From Thermodesulfobacteriota bacterium (GTDB lineage: Bacteria > Desulfobacterota_D > UBA1144 > Nemesobacterales > UBA2774), in the NCBI GenBank assembly GCA_963422265.1, contig OY729416.1, positions 1,312,001 through 1,376,000 on the forward strand: DNA of 64,000 nucleotides. Reading direction: 5' to 3'. The notes under the pieces are model-generated. The model was not told the DNA's origin, did not search any database, and saw only the letters and a list, made by a program, of their open reading frames with translations. Position numbers and translations under genes: made by a program. Positions 31,584 through 41,083 of the stretch are shown piece after piece (the stretch's first letter is position 1; each line of letters starts with the position of its first letter).

Positions 31584-31736
31584 GTCGGGTCTTGTCAACC
31601 ACCACAAGAAGTTGTAGAAGTCCGCTTATTCCCCTATGTTTTTTACAGGTGTTATATTCACGGAGACCCGACAGTCCGGGTTCTTCGTGTGGTAGTTGAC
31701 AATTGCGACGATACCAGAATTGTATGACATTGTCAA
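31584..31736 (-). promoter_or_regulatory. Promoter plus structured leader RNA upstream of the lipoprotein gene
   Basis: TTGACA-17-TATCGT (31736-31708); complementary pairs 31688-31702/31592-31606 (14 of 15) and 31664-31672/31584-31592 (9 of 9). Confidence 0.5.
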
Positions 31737-31897
31737 CTGCTTGACTTTTTCTTGCTGAGGTTATAAGCAAGAACTTCATCTGTTGGGAGTCGGTTCTCGT
31801 CCCTGCCGCCTGACAGGAGTATTCTCCTCGGGAAAACAGATAAATTTCAATTTTGAGATAGGCTCTAGTAGTTTATACAGGGAATAGATCGTTCAGA

Positions 31898-32821
31898 CTA
31901 TATATATTCAAGCCACTCTGAATACTGTTCGCTCTTGCCCCGAACTATCTCAAAAAAGGTTGATTGGATATCTCTTGTTACTTCTCCGGGATTACCCGAA
32001 CCAATTATACGAAAATCAACCTCTCTTATGGGAGTTATCTCGGCTGCTGTGCCGGTAAGGAAAACTTCATCGGATATGTAAAGCTCGTCCCTTGTAAATC
32101 TCTCTTCAACAACCGTGTAACCTTTATCTTTGGCAATCCGTATAATGCAATTTCTTGTAAGACCTTCCAAAATTGAGGTTAAAGGCGGGGTCTTTATAAA
32201 ACCGTTTCTGACTATAAAAATATTTTCACCGCTACCCTCAGCCAAGTATCCCTCATTATCAAGCAATAACCCTTCATCAAAACCGAGTTTTGTGGCTTCC
32301 ACTTTTGCAAAAATTGAATTAACGTAGTTTCCAGAAATTTTCGCTTTGGTCATAAAGGAGTTTACGCCCATTCTCGTAAAGGATGAAATTTTGGTTCGGA
32401 TACCATTATTTATTCCTTCCTCTCCAAGATAAGTTCCCCATAGCCATGCGGCTATCGCCAACCTGATAGGGTTGTCTTTCGGATGAACTCCAAAGCTGCC
32501 GTTCCCTATGAACACCAGCGGTCTTATGTAAGCCTCACTGAGCTTGTTCTTAATTAACAACTCTTTGATAACAGCTTTGATCTCTGTTTTAGCAAAGGGA
32601 ACGTCTATTCCGGCAATGTGGCAAGAGTTATAAAGCCGGTTGATATGCCCATCCAGTAAAAATATTGCCGTGTTGCCGTTGGCGCATTTATAGGCACGTA
32701 ATCCCTCAAAAACGCCTAATCCGTAATGTAAAGTGTGCGTGAGCACATGAACGTTCGCTTCTGACCATGGAAGAAATTTGCCATCTAACCATATTAATTT
32801 AGGGTGATTCGTTGACATCAA
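31898..32821 (-). CDS. ilvE: Branched-chain amino acid aminotransferase
   Basis: LHYGLGVFEG, AYIRP, KISGNY, EGSGENIF, TGTAAEITP. Confidence 0.96.
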   Translation of the reverse strand: MMSTNHPKLIWLDGKFLPWSEANVHVLTHTLHYGLGVFEGLRAYKCANGNTAIFLLDGHINRLYNSCHIAGIDVPFAKTEIKAVIKELLIKNKLSEAYIRPLVFIGNGSFGVHPKDNPIRLAIAAWLWGTYLGEEGINNGIRTKISSFTRMGVNSFMTKAKISGNYVNSIFAKVEATKLGFDEGLLLDNEGYLAEGSGENIFIVRNGFIKTPPLTSILEGLTRNCIIRIAKDKGYTVVEERFTRDELYISDEVFLTGTAAEITPIREVDFRIIGSGNPGEVTRDIQSTFFEIVRGKSEQYSEWLEYI

Positions 32822-32954
32822 GTCTCCAACTTATGTTCAAATTTTTAAAATTAAAGAGAAATACTGCAACTTTAAGAAGAGAATGTCAAGCAAGCACAGG
32901 TTAAAACCAAGAGGAACTTGTATATGACAACTTTCTCTGATATGTTGAATCTCT

Positions 32955-33995
32955 ATGGTAAAGAAAAGGGCTGCTATACTCGGAGCGAGTGGATATACAG
33001 GAAGCGAGTTGATCAGGCTTCTCACGGTGCATCCCAACGTGGACGTAACTTATCTAACGGCTGACAAGCACGCGGGGAAGGCTGTATCAGACGTCTTTCC
33101 ACATTTGAGGGGGTTTTTAGATTTAGAGCTTAAGCCCCTTAAAGCCGAGTCAATTCCGGATGATATTGACATAGTTTTTGCTGCTCTTCCTCATGGGACT
33201 TCGGCCAGAGTGGTTGAAGAACTATACGAGAGAGATCTGATTATAATAGATTTGGGGGCGGATTTTAGGTTGAGTCATCGGAATTATAAGAAGTGGTATG
33301 GCGAGCATCCGTGTCCAGAACTATTAAAAAAATCGGTTTATGGAATCACGGAACTCAACAGGACTGAAATTAAGGAAGCCAAGCTTGTGGCGAATCCCGG
33401 ATGCTATCCGGTATCTTCCATACTCGCTCTCGCGCCATTGCTCAAGAATAATATCGTAGAGCGAGACTCAATAATCATAGACTCTAAGTCTGGAGTTACA
33501 GGAGGGGGAAGGTCTCCTTCACTTGACTATCACTTTTCGGAAGTGAACGAGGGATTAAGGGCTTATAAAATAGGAGAGCACCGTCATACACCTGAGATAG
33601 AAGAAGCTCTCTCAAAATTCTCTGGTCTTGAGGTAAAAGCATCTTTTACTCCTCACCTTGTTCCTATGGATAGAGGAATCCTCTCTACGATTTACGTCCG
33701 CACCAATACGAAAAGGATGACCAAGGAGCTTGTAGAGCTTTATGAAGACTATTACGCAAGCGATAAGTTTGTGAGAATTTCTCCGGAGGGGGTTTATCCT
33801 ACTACGTCTCAGGTAAAGGGGTCTAACTACTGTGATATAGGAGTTAAGACGAATCCATCTAATAACATAGCTGTAATAGTTTCCGTCATTGACAATTTAG
33901 TAAAAGGGGCATCAGGGCAGGCAGTGCAGAACATGAACGAGATGATAGGATTCAAAGAGTCATCAGGGCTTGAAACGGTGCCTATGTTCCCCTAG
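32955..33995 (+). CDS. argC: N-acetyl-gamma-glutamyl-phosphate reductase
   Basis: GASGYTG, ANPGCY, HRHTPEI, DNLVKGASGQAVQNMN. Confidence 0.97.
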   Translation: MVKKRAAILGASGYTGSELIRLLTVHPNVDVTYLTADKHAGKAVSDVFPHLRGFLDLELKPLKAESIPDDIDIVFAALPHGTSARVVEELYERDLIIIDLGADFRLSHRNYKKWYGEHPCPELLKKSVYGITELNRTEIKEAKLVANPGCYPVSSILALAPLLKNNIVERDSIIIDSKSGVTGGGRSPSLDYHFSEVNEGLRAYKIGEHRHTPEIEEALSKFSGLEVKASFTPHLVPMDRGILSTIYVRTNTKRMTKELVELYEDYYASDKFVRISPEGVYPTTSQVKGSNYCDIGVKTNPSNNIAVIVSVIDNLVKGASGQAVQNMNEMIGFKESSGLETVPMFP

Positions 33996-34007
33996 TAGCC
34001 TAGCTAT

Positions 34008-35171
34008 CTATAAGTTGGTTTTCCTTATCCTTTGAATGATTCTAGGAATTATATCTGAAACGTAATTGATATCATCTTGCTCGGTAAATCTTCCTAGACT
34101 TATTCTAATTGAGGAAGCTGCCTCATCTTTTGACCTACCCATAGCGGATAAAACATGAGAGGGATTCCCTATTCCCTCAGAGCAGGCTGACCCTGTAGAT
34201 ACCGCCACGCCGTTTATATCAAGGCTCATTGCGAGAGAGTCTCCCTTGATGCCTTCTACACTGATATTAAGGGTGTTCCAAAGCACATTTTCTAGCGTGC
34301 CGTTTAGCTTAACCCGGTCCACATTGCGGAGAACGCTAGCCAAAAGCGCGTCCCTTAATCTTCTCACTTTAGACTCGTCAGTTTTCATTTGGATGCGAGC
34401 AATTTCGCACGCTGCACCCAAACCGACTATACCTGGGACGTTCTCAGTGCCAGAGCGTTTTCCCCTTTCTTGTCCCCCGCCATGGATATGCGCGTTCAGG
34501 GAAATACTCTGAGACATGCCATCTCGGATGTAAATGGCTCCCGCTCCTTTGGGTCCATAGAGTTTGTGGGCGGAGATTGAAACGAAATCGGCTGGGATTT
34601 TCCTAAGGTCTATGTCTATTTTGCCAGCCGACTGGACAGCGTCCGTGTGAAACAATGCACCTTTTTCCTTTACTAAATGGGCAATTCTATCTATGGGCAA
34701 GATGTTTCCCGTCTCGTTATTTGCATGCATACAGGAAACGAGGATCGTCTCGTCAGTAATGGCTTCGTTAAGCTCCGCTAGGTCAATAAAGCCTCTGGGA
34801 TCGGTATCCAGATAGGTAACGCGGCAACCTTCTTTTTCAAGGTAATTAAATGATTCAAGAACGCATTCATGCTCAACCTTGGTGGTTATAAAATGATTGC
34901 CCTTTTCCCGAAGGTCACTGCGTGCAGTGCTTTTTATACTAAAATTGGCGCCTTCGCTTCCTCCCGAGGTGAATACTATCTCCCGAGCGTTTGCCGATAA
35001 GAGCTCGGCTACCTGCTCTCTTGCGTTATCAAGGGCTTCTCTCGCCTTTCGACCGAAAGAATGGATGCTTGATGGATTGCCGTAGTCTTCCCTTAGATAA
35101 GGTATCATCGCTTCAAGCACTCTCGGATCCAGAGGAGTGGTCGCATTGTAGTCCAGATATATTTTTTTCAT
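34008..35171 (-). CDS. iscS: Cysteine desulfurase (IscS/NifS family)
   Basis: YLDYNATTP, GNPSSIH, SAHKLYGPKG, STGSACS. Confidence 0.92.
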   Translation of the reverse strand: MKKIYLDYNATTPLDPRVLEAMIPYLREDYGNPSSIHSFGRKAREALDNAREQVAELLSANAREIVFTSGGSEGANFSIKSTARSDLREKGNHFITTKVEHECVLESFNYLEKEGCRVTYLDTDPRGFIDLAELNEAITDETILVSCMHANNETGNILPIDRIAHLVKEKGALFHTDAVQSAGKIDIDLRKIPADFVSISAHKLYGPKGAGAIYIRDGMSQSISLNAHIHGGGQERGKRSGTENVPGIVGLGAACEIARIQMKTDESKVRRLRDALLASVLRNVDRVKLNGTLENVLWNTLNISVEGIKGDSLAMSLDINGVAVSTGSACSEGIGNPSHVLSAMGRSKDEAASSIRISLGRFTEQDDINYVSDIIPRIIQRIRKTNL

Positions 35172-35215
35172 TACGAGACACTGATGAGTAAAGTAGTTAG
35201 TTGAGGATAAAGATT

Positions 35216-36550
35216 TTACGTTGGATGCCCTAGTATGCTTTCCACCTTTTTTACGGCTTCGGGAAGAGAGAAAATGATCACTCTGTCGTCTAAAGAGGCT
35301 ACGTAGTCTCCTCTGGGAATTATAACCTCATTGTCCCTAAGCACGATTCCTACTATTGAGCCTTCGGGTAGATGAGCGTCTCTAAGAGCCTTTCCCAGTA
35401 TTTTAGTGTCAGGCTTAACGTTAAATTCCAGAACCTCCGCTTTTCCTTCCTCAAGCAAAGCTACCTGCGCTACCCCGCCGATGTGAAGCGGACTAAGAAT
35501 TTCATTGGTTACCGACAACCTTACACTTATGGCTCTATCAACACCTATAGCTTCAATTACGTCTATGTAGTCCGGCTTGGTATATAGAACAGTTGTTCTT
35601 TTCGCTCCCAGACTTTTGGCAAGGAGCGCACTTAGCACGTTGTTTTCATCATCGCCCGTGAGCGCTATGAAGTAGTCAGCCGATTCAACGCCTGCTTCCT
35701 TCAAAGTGTCACTGTCCGTGGCGTCTCCCTTAAACACAAGAACGTTATTCAGTTCCTCAGCCGCCAATTCTGCACGGGCGGGATCGCTTTCAATTATGTT
35801 GACGCTAATACCTTTTTGACAAAGTGTTCTAGCTGCTCCCCTGCCAAGCCTCCCTCCTCCAACTATAACTACTGATTTCACTTGCTCCTCCTCTTTAACT
35901 CCAAAAAGCTCTTTAAGCTTATTGAGCACACTGGGCACTCCAATAGCGTAAATATAATCCTCTGTATGTAGTATTGTCTCGCCAGTTGGTATTGTTATTT
36001 TACCGTTCCTTGAAATGGCAGCGAAAATCCAGGCTTTAGCAGGTCCTAACTCAGAAAGCCTTTTTCCTACGATAGGGATGTTTTTTTCTACCTTGAGCTT
36101 GAGCATGTTGATTTTGCCCATAGCCAATTTTTCCGTTTTCCATGCGAAAGGCGAGCTTATAAGTCCTACAATTTTCTCGGATATGATTTTTTCAGGGTTG
36201 ACTACGAACGTCTCGGACTTGTTAATTAACTTAGCATAATCAAGGTAATTCGTATCTCTTATTCTGATAATAATTTTAGGGACTCCCACGGACGCCGCCC
36301 ACGATGAAGCCATTATATTCACTTTGTCATTTCCCGACACTGCAAGCATAATGTCAGCTTTTTCTATCTGCGCCTCTTTCAATACGGCGGGGTTGTCGCC
36401 ATCCCCCAGTATTATGAGAACATCGTGGGATTCCTTTAATCTTTCCGCTGTTTCTTCGTCTTTTTCTATGATTACTATATCGTGCTCGGAGGAAAGATTT
36501 GTCGCGATGAGCGACCCAACTTGCCCAGATCCTAGTATGACTATGTGCAT
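35216..36550 (-). CDS. trkA: Trk K+ uptake NAD-binding subunit
   Basis: Two TrkA_N (GSGQVG, GGGRLG) and two TrkA_C domains; 444 aa. Confidence 0.93.
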   Translation of the reverse strand: MHIVILGSGQVGSLIATNLSSEHDIVIIEKDEETAERLKESHDVLIILGDGDNPAVLKEAQIEKADIMLAVSGNDKVNIMASSWAASVGVPKIIIRIRDTNYLDYAKLINKSETFVVNPEKIISEKIVGLISSPFAWKTEKLAMGKINMLKLKVEKNIPIVGKRLSELGPAKAWIFAAISRNGKITIPTGETILHTEDYIYAIGVPSVLNKLKELFGVKEEEQVKSVVIVGGGRLGRGAARTLCQKGISVNIIESDPARAELAAEELNNVLVFKGDATDSDTLKEAGVESADYFIALTGDDENNVLSALLAKSLGAKRTTVLYTKPDYIDVIEAIGVDRAISVRLSVTNEILSPLHIGGVAQVALLEEGKAEVLEFNVKPDTKILGKALRDAHLPEGSIVGIVLRDNEVIIPRGDYVASLDDRVIIFSLPEAVKKVESILGHPT

Positions 36551-36566
36551 TTCACACTTACCTCAT

Positions 36567-37319
36567 TCAGCTTTTCGTTCCCGTTTTCTTGATCCTATAT
36601 AGCATTACCATACCTAGTATTATGAAGACCACTGAGATTATTTGAGCTTGGGAAACCCCAGGTATAAAGCTGGGCGACGTGCTTCTGATAAGCTCAATTA
36701 AGAACCTTTGAGAACCTAATATAATAAAGGTAATTGCAGTCATCCATCCCGCTACAAACTCTCTCTTACGTATCTTCCACAGTACTAGAAATACAATTGT
36801 CATGCTGATAGTATCATAGAGCTGGGTCGGATGAACTTTTTCAAACGTTGGGGGAGAACCATCTGGGAAAGAGAGCGCCCACGGTAAGGTGCTCGGAATT
36901 CCGTAATCGTCGCCAACCAGGAAACATCCGACTCTTCCTACGGCGTAAGCGAGAACTAAGCATGGACCCAAGGAATCCGTTACTTTCAGATAACTCACCC
37001 TTTTTATTCTGATAACGATCCAGATTAAAATTAATGCTCCTATAAATCCCCCAAAGAATGTGAACCCTGAGGCGAGATACCTTGTCGGCTCGGCGATAAA
37101 TTCTGAGAAAGTCGCCTGCTGATATAGAAAAAGCACCTTTGCCCCCCCAAGCCCGCCGATGAAGCACGCTATGAAAATATAATCTGCTAAATCGCCGTTT
37201 AGCCCCTTTCTTTTGAGTTCGGACTCACCTATTAAATAACCTGTGATAAAGGCTAGAAGAACCATTACGGAGAAAGAAGATATGGAAATACTGCCATATG
37301 AGATAAGAGTAGGATACAT
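36567..37319 (-). CDS. lgt: Prolipoprotein diacylglyceryl transferase
   Basis: FFGGFIG, GRVGCFLVGDDYG, HPTQLY, RFLIELIR. Confidence 0.9.
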   Translation of the reverse strand: MYPTLISYGSISISSFSVMVLLAFITGYLIGESELKRKGLNGDLADYIFIACFIGGLGGAKVLFLYQQATFSEFIAEPTRYLASGFTFFGGFIGALILIWIVIRIKRVSYLKVTDSLGPCLVLAYAVGRVGCFLVGDDYGIPSTLPWALSFPDGSPPTFEKVHPTQLYDTISMTIVFLVLWKIRKREFVAGWMTAITFIILGSQRFLIELIRSTSPSFIPGVSQAQIISVVFIILGMVMLYRIKKTGTKS

Positions 37320-37402
37320 GTTTGAACTCCCTGATCGTTGTGTTAAAAATACATCTTACACAGTTTAAGCTTTACTGTAAGGGGAGGGTAATAATTTGTT
37401 CC

Positions 37403-37431
37403 TTGACCATACAGTCCTTTCGTGTTAGTTT
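37403..37431 (+). promoter_or_regulatory. Putative promoter of the rpmH operon
   Basis: TTGACC-17 nt-TAGTTT with extended -10 TG, ending 11 nt before rpmH ATG. Confidence 0.4.
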
Positions 37432-37442
37432 TAGGGTGAATT

Positions 37443-37592
37443 ATGAAAAGAACTTATCAGCCTCACGTGAAAAAAAGATTACGAGTGCATGGGTTCCGTG
37501 AAAGGATGAGTACTAAGGGGGGGCGACGCACTCTAAAAAGGCGGATGGCGAAGGGTAGGCACCAGCTTACTGTCCAGCGTTGGAAGAAATGA
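37443..37592 (+). CDS. rpmH: 50S ribosomal protein L34 (not in ORF track, 49 aa)
   Basis: Manual translation [49 protein letters not shown]. Confidence 0.97.
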   Translation: MKRTYQPHVKKRLRVHGFRERMSTKGGRRTLKRRMAKGRHQLTVQRWKK

Positions 37593-37948
37593 GTTCCGAC
37601 TTAGATTTTTCTTTCTCAAAAAAAGAGTTGAAAATTCGGAAGACCCAACAATATAAAGAGGTCTTTAGGAATGGCCATAGGGTGAGGAGCAAGAAGTTCA
37701 ATATTCTTTACGCTTCAAATGCGCTTGGTTATTCTAGGCTGGGCTTAGTCGTCGCTAAGAAGAATGTCCCTTCCGCAGTCCGTCGAAATCGTGTAAAAAG
37801 GGTTTTACGAGAGTTTTTCAGGAGAAATAAGTCCTTATTTGGTTCTAACGATGTTTTGTTACTTGCTAATAAAGGAAGTGACAAGCTAGTTGATTACGCC
37901 AATGTGAGAAGAGAGATTGAAAAAGCCATTGGATCAAATTTATTATGA
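37589..37948 (+). CDS. rnpA: RNase P protein component
   Basis: [29 protein letters not shown] overlap with rpmH. Confidence 0.93.
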   Translation: MSSDLDFSFSKKELKIRKTQQYKEVFRNGHRVRSKKFNILYASNALGYSRLGLVVAKKNVPSAVRRNRVKRVLREFFRRNKSLFGSNDVLLLANKGSDKLVDYANVRREIEKAIGSNLL

Positions 37949-38169
37949 GATTAAGTTTTTTAGCGTCTGTGTTTATCTATATAATAAATGCTTATAAATA
38001 CTTCGTCTCACCCTTGTTGCCGTCCTCTTGTAGGTTTTATCCTAGTTGCTCTACTTACTCCATAGATGCCTTCAATAAGTATGGGTTTACTAAGGGATTT
38101 TGGCTTACCATAACAAGGATCGTAAGGTGTAATCCGCTAAACGTCGGAGGTTATGACCCGGTTCGGTAA
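37945..38169 (+). CDS. yidD: Membrane protein insertion efficiency factor
   Basis: CRFYPSCSTY, RCNP, GGYDPV. Confidence 0.95.
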   Translation: MRLSFLASVFIYIINAYKYFVSPLLPSSCRFYPSCSTYSIDAFNKYGFTKGFWLTITRIVRCNPLNVGGYDPVR

Positions 38170-38195
38170 TTACGTTCTACGGTAAGGTTGAGCAA

Positions 38196-39893
38196 ATGGC
38201 GGATAACAAGCTAAATTATATACTGTTTATAATACTATCCATTGGTATAATACTGGGTTTTTCTATATTTTTTAATGATCCCCCCCCTAGACAAGATAGT
38301 GAAAAAATGGGGGACGTGGGACAGCTATCAAAAAGTAGTTCTCCCACTACAACTGAAGATTTTCCCTCTGATAAAGCCGACTATCTTAAGGAAGGTTTGA
38401 ATTTTCCGGACGAGCCAGAAAATTTAGCTCAGGGTGAGTTGATAACAGTTCAAACGCCTCTTTATGTCGGAGTGATTGATACCTTAGGGGGAAGAGTGAG
38501 TTCTTGGCACCTTAAGAAATACAGAGAGAGGGTTGACGACGGTAAAACCTTAGTCAATTTGTTTAAGGGCTCTCCTCCTGGATTCAGCCCGCTCTTAAAG
38601 GTTAGCGGGCTTAGATTGCCTGAACTGATTCCATTTGAGTTTAACGGTAAATCTAACATAGACATAAGAGAGGGAACGAGAGAGATATCGTTATATTGGG
38701 ACTCTCCTCAGGGTATAGGCGTAAGAAAGACGTATAGCTTTGATTCTTCAACTTATGTGGTAAAACAAAGTCTTGAAGTAATAAACTCAGGCACCGTGCC
38801 GCTTAGAGAAAGACTCTTTATTGGCTGGCACGGTAATATAGAACAAAAGGGTAGAGGCGAGTCCAGCACAAGCTTCATAGCACTTGTTTCAAATGAGCTG
38901 GAGAGGGTAGAAAAATCCCCAAAAGAGGCAGTTGACTATAAAGGCGTTATAAATTGGTTTGGATACGCGAGCAAGTATTTTATGGTAGCTTTGCTGCCAA
39001 ACATAGGGGCAGATACAGTTATACGCCTGACGCCGACCGCAGAAAGGAACGTTGTCAAGGCTGTTTTTGGATATCCGAGCGATACCATTCCAACTGGTAA
39101 GGAGTCAATAAGGAAATGGGAAATTTATCTGGGACCTATTGAGCCTGAGACTCTAAAGCCTGTAGGTCATAACGTTGAGCAAGCGGTCAATTACGGGTGG
39201 CTAGGCTTTCTTGCTAAGCCTCTACTTGGTTTTCTAAAATTCTTGAACACCTACATCGGCAACTACGGAATATCCATAATCGTAATCACCATAATAATAA
39301 GGGTTCTTTTCTTTCCACTTACGGTTAGGAGTATGGCGTCAATGCGACAAATGCAGCTTAAGATGGAGAAATTTAAGCCTGAGATGGACGCCTTAAAGGA
39401 GAGATACAAGGACGACAAAGCCAAGCAGAATGCTGAGCTTATGAAACTTTACTCAAAGCACGGCGTTAATCCACTTAGCAGCCTTGGCGGCTGTATGCCT
39501 ATGCTTGTGCAAATTCCGGTCTTCATAGCGCTTTATGACGTCCTGCTTCATTCTATTGATCTTAGGCACAGTTCCTTTTTGTGGATAAACGATCTCGCCT
39601 CGCCGGAGATGCTATTTGATATACCAGTGTTAGGCGTGCCGTTCAGGATACTGCCCTTATTGATGGGTGTTTCTTGGTACATCTCACAGAAGATGACGCC
39701 TATGACCGCCGCTGCTGCTAGTGATAACATGGCTTTACAGATGAAGATGATGCAGTTCATGCCTATAATTTTTACCTTTTTGTTCTGGGGTTTGCCATCG
39801 GGCTTGATACTTTACTGGACGGTGAGCAACGTGCTTTCTATCGGACAGCAAATATACGTGAACCGTCGCGTAATCGCTCCCAAAGGAGGATAG
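38196..39893 (+). CDS. yidC: Membrane protein insertase
   Basis: GNYGISII, GGCMPMLVQIPVF, FLWINDL, PSGLILYW. Confidence 0.96.
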   Translation: MADNKLNYILFIILSIGIILGFSIFFNDPPPRQDSEKMGDVGQLSKSSSPTTTEDFPSDKADYLKEGLNFPDEPENLAQGELITVQTPLYVGVIDTLGGRVSSWHLKKYRERVDDGKTLVNLFKGSPPGFSPLLKVSGLRLPELIPFEFNGKSNIDIREGTREISLYWDSPQGIGVRKTYSFDSSTYVVKQSLEVINSGTVPLRERLFIGWHGNIEQKGRGESSTSFIALVSNELERVEKSPKEAVDYKGVINWFGYASKYFMVALLPNIGADTVIRLTPTAERNVVKAVFGYPSDTIPTGKESIRKWEIYLGPIEPETLKPVGHNVEQAVNYGWLGFLAKPLLGFLKFLNTYIGNYGISIIVITIIIRVLFFPLTVRSMASMRQMQLKMEKFKPEMDALKERYKDDKAKQNAELMKLYSKHGVNPLSSLGGCMPMLVQIPVFIALYDVLLHSIDLRHSSFLWINDLASPEMLFDIPVLGVPFRILPLLMGVSWYISQKMTPMTAAAASDNMALQMKMMQFMPIIFTFLFWGLPSGLILYWTVSNVLSIGQQIYVNRRVIAPKGG

Positions 39894-39899
39894 ATAATT

Positions 39900-40553
39900 A
39901 TGACAATAGTGATAGAAATGGAAGGCAAGACAGTATCTGAAGCTACTATTAGTGCCTGTGAAGAACTAGGCGTTCCAAGAAGTGGGATTGAAGTCGAAGT
40001 GTTGGAAGCAGGATCAAAAGGGGTTTTAGGGCTTGGGAGCAGGAGCGCTCGGGTTAGGGTTACCGTAAAGGATAGCAGTTTAAGCGAAAAGGGTGTCAGG
40101 TCAAAGAGGGTGCTGGAGAATATTTTAGGTTATTTGGTTTCTGCCTACTCCGTGGAACTTAAGGAAACTGCCGATAAGATAGAGCTCGATATTAAAGGCA
40201 CAAACGAAGAGGGGCTTTTGATTGGAAAGCAGGGTGAAATGATTAAGGCAATGGAATCTCTCATAGGTAAAATTGCGGGGCGTATCAGTAACGGAGGGAA
40301 AGAAAAAAGAATATCCATAGACGTAAGTGGATATAAGAAAAGAAGATACGAAAGGGTCTCGAGACTCGTAAAGGAAACGATCAGTAAAGTTCGTCAATCG
40401 AAAAAGCCAGCATTACTTGAAACGATGTCGGCATCCGAAAGAAGGGTCGCCTACCTTACTCTTAAACGAGAGGGTGGTGTTGATTATGATACTAAGATCG
40501 AGGGCAATCGAAAAAAGATTATTGTTAAACCCTTATTAAAGGGTAAGGATTGA
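39900..40553 (+). CDS. jag: Jag/EloR/KhpB RNA-binding protein
   Basis: Jag_N (EGKTVSEA, GSKGVLGLG), KH (LIGKQG), degenerate R3H; follows yidC. Confidence 0.88.
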   Translation: MTIVIEMEGKTVSEATISACEELGVPRSGIEVEVLEAGSKGVLGLGSRSARVRVTVKDSSLSEKGVRSKRVLENILGYLVSAYSVELKETADKIELDIKGTNEEGLLIGKQGEMIKAMESLIGKIAGRISNGGKEKRISIDVSGYKKRRYERVSRLVKETISKVRQSKKPALLETMSASERRVAYLTLKREGGVDYDTKIEGNRKKIIVKPLLKGKD

Positions 40554-40572
40554 AGTGGATTACGCATTGACG

Positions 40573-41046
40573 TCAATTTTTTTCATTCTTACGCCTTAGC
40601 GTTCTAAAAAACTCCTTAATTAAGCCTGCGCATTCGTCCCCGCGCACTCCTTCTTTCACTTCTACGCTGTGATTTAGCTTGTTGTTGTCTTGACCAATGT
40701 TATAAACTGAAAATACAGCACCCGCTTTTGGGTCTCTAGCTCCAAATACTAGCCTTTCAATCCTAGCTAATACTATAGCCCCCATACACATCGCGCATGG
40801 CTCGATTGTAACATATAGAGTGGAGTTGTTCAGCCTCCACCCCCTGGACTTGGATGCCCCACTTCTAATCGCTATGATTTCTGCATGCGCCGTTGGGTCA
40901 TGTTTTGTCTCGCGTAAATTGTATCCACTTGACAAAACGTTGTTGTTTTTATCCGTGATTACAGCACCGATGGGAACCTCACCTATGCGCCCGGCTAATT
41001 GGGCTTGTTCAATAGCCAGGCGCATGAATTTGTCGTCCTCTGCCAT
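40573..41046 (-). CDS. tadA: tRNA adenosine(34) deaminase
   Basis: EVPIGAV, DPTAHAE, EPCAMC, DPKAGA. Confidence 0.95.
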   Translation of the reverse strand: MAEDDKFMRLAIEQAQLAGRIGEVPIGAVITDKNNNVLSSGYNLRETKHDPTAHAEIIAIRSGASKSRGWRLNNSTLYVTIEPCAMCMGAIVLARIERLVFGARDPKAGAVFSVYNIGQDNNKLNHSVEVKEGVRGDECAGLIKEFFRTLRRKNEKN

Positions 41047-41083
41047 CAGGTGTGGTGAAGCACTTCAAATAGCTATAGTGTCT

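Noticed and set aside
31592-31702. GTCAACTACC...GTTGAC resemblance to IS200/IS605 omegaRNA (HEARO) ends
   Set aside because: No iscB, tnpB or tnpA nearby, and the rest of the scaffold is not evident
31543-31779. 78-aa ORF over the structured leader
   Set aside because: No recognisable domain and it overlaps promoter-like elements; a leader peptide cannot be excluded
23603-31897. CRISPR array adjacent to the csm operon
   Set aside because: No repeat-spacer periodicity in any intergenic segment
37320-37442. Possible oriC upstream of rpmH
   Set aside because: No DnaA-box cluster; the TTATCCACA matches noticed (~6759, ~17451) are isolated and inside genes
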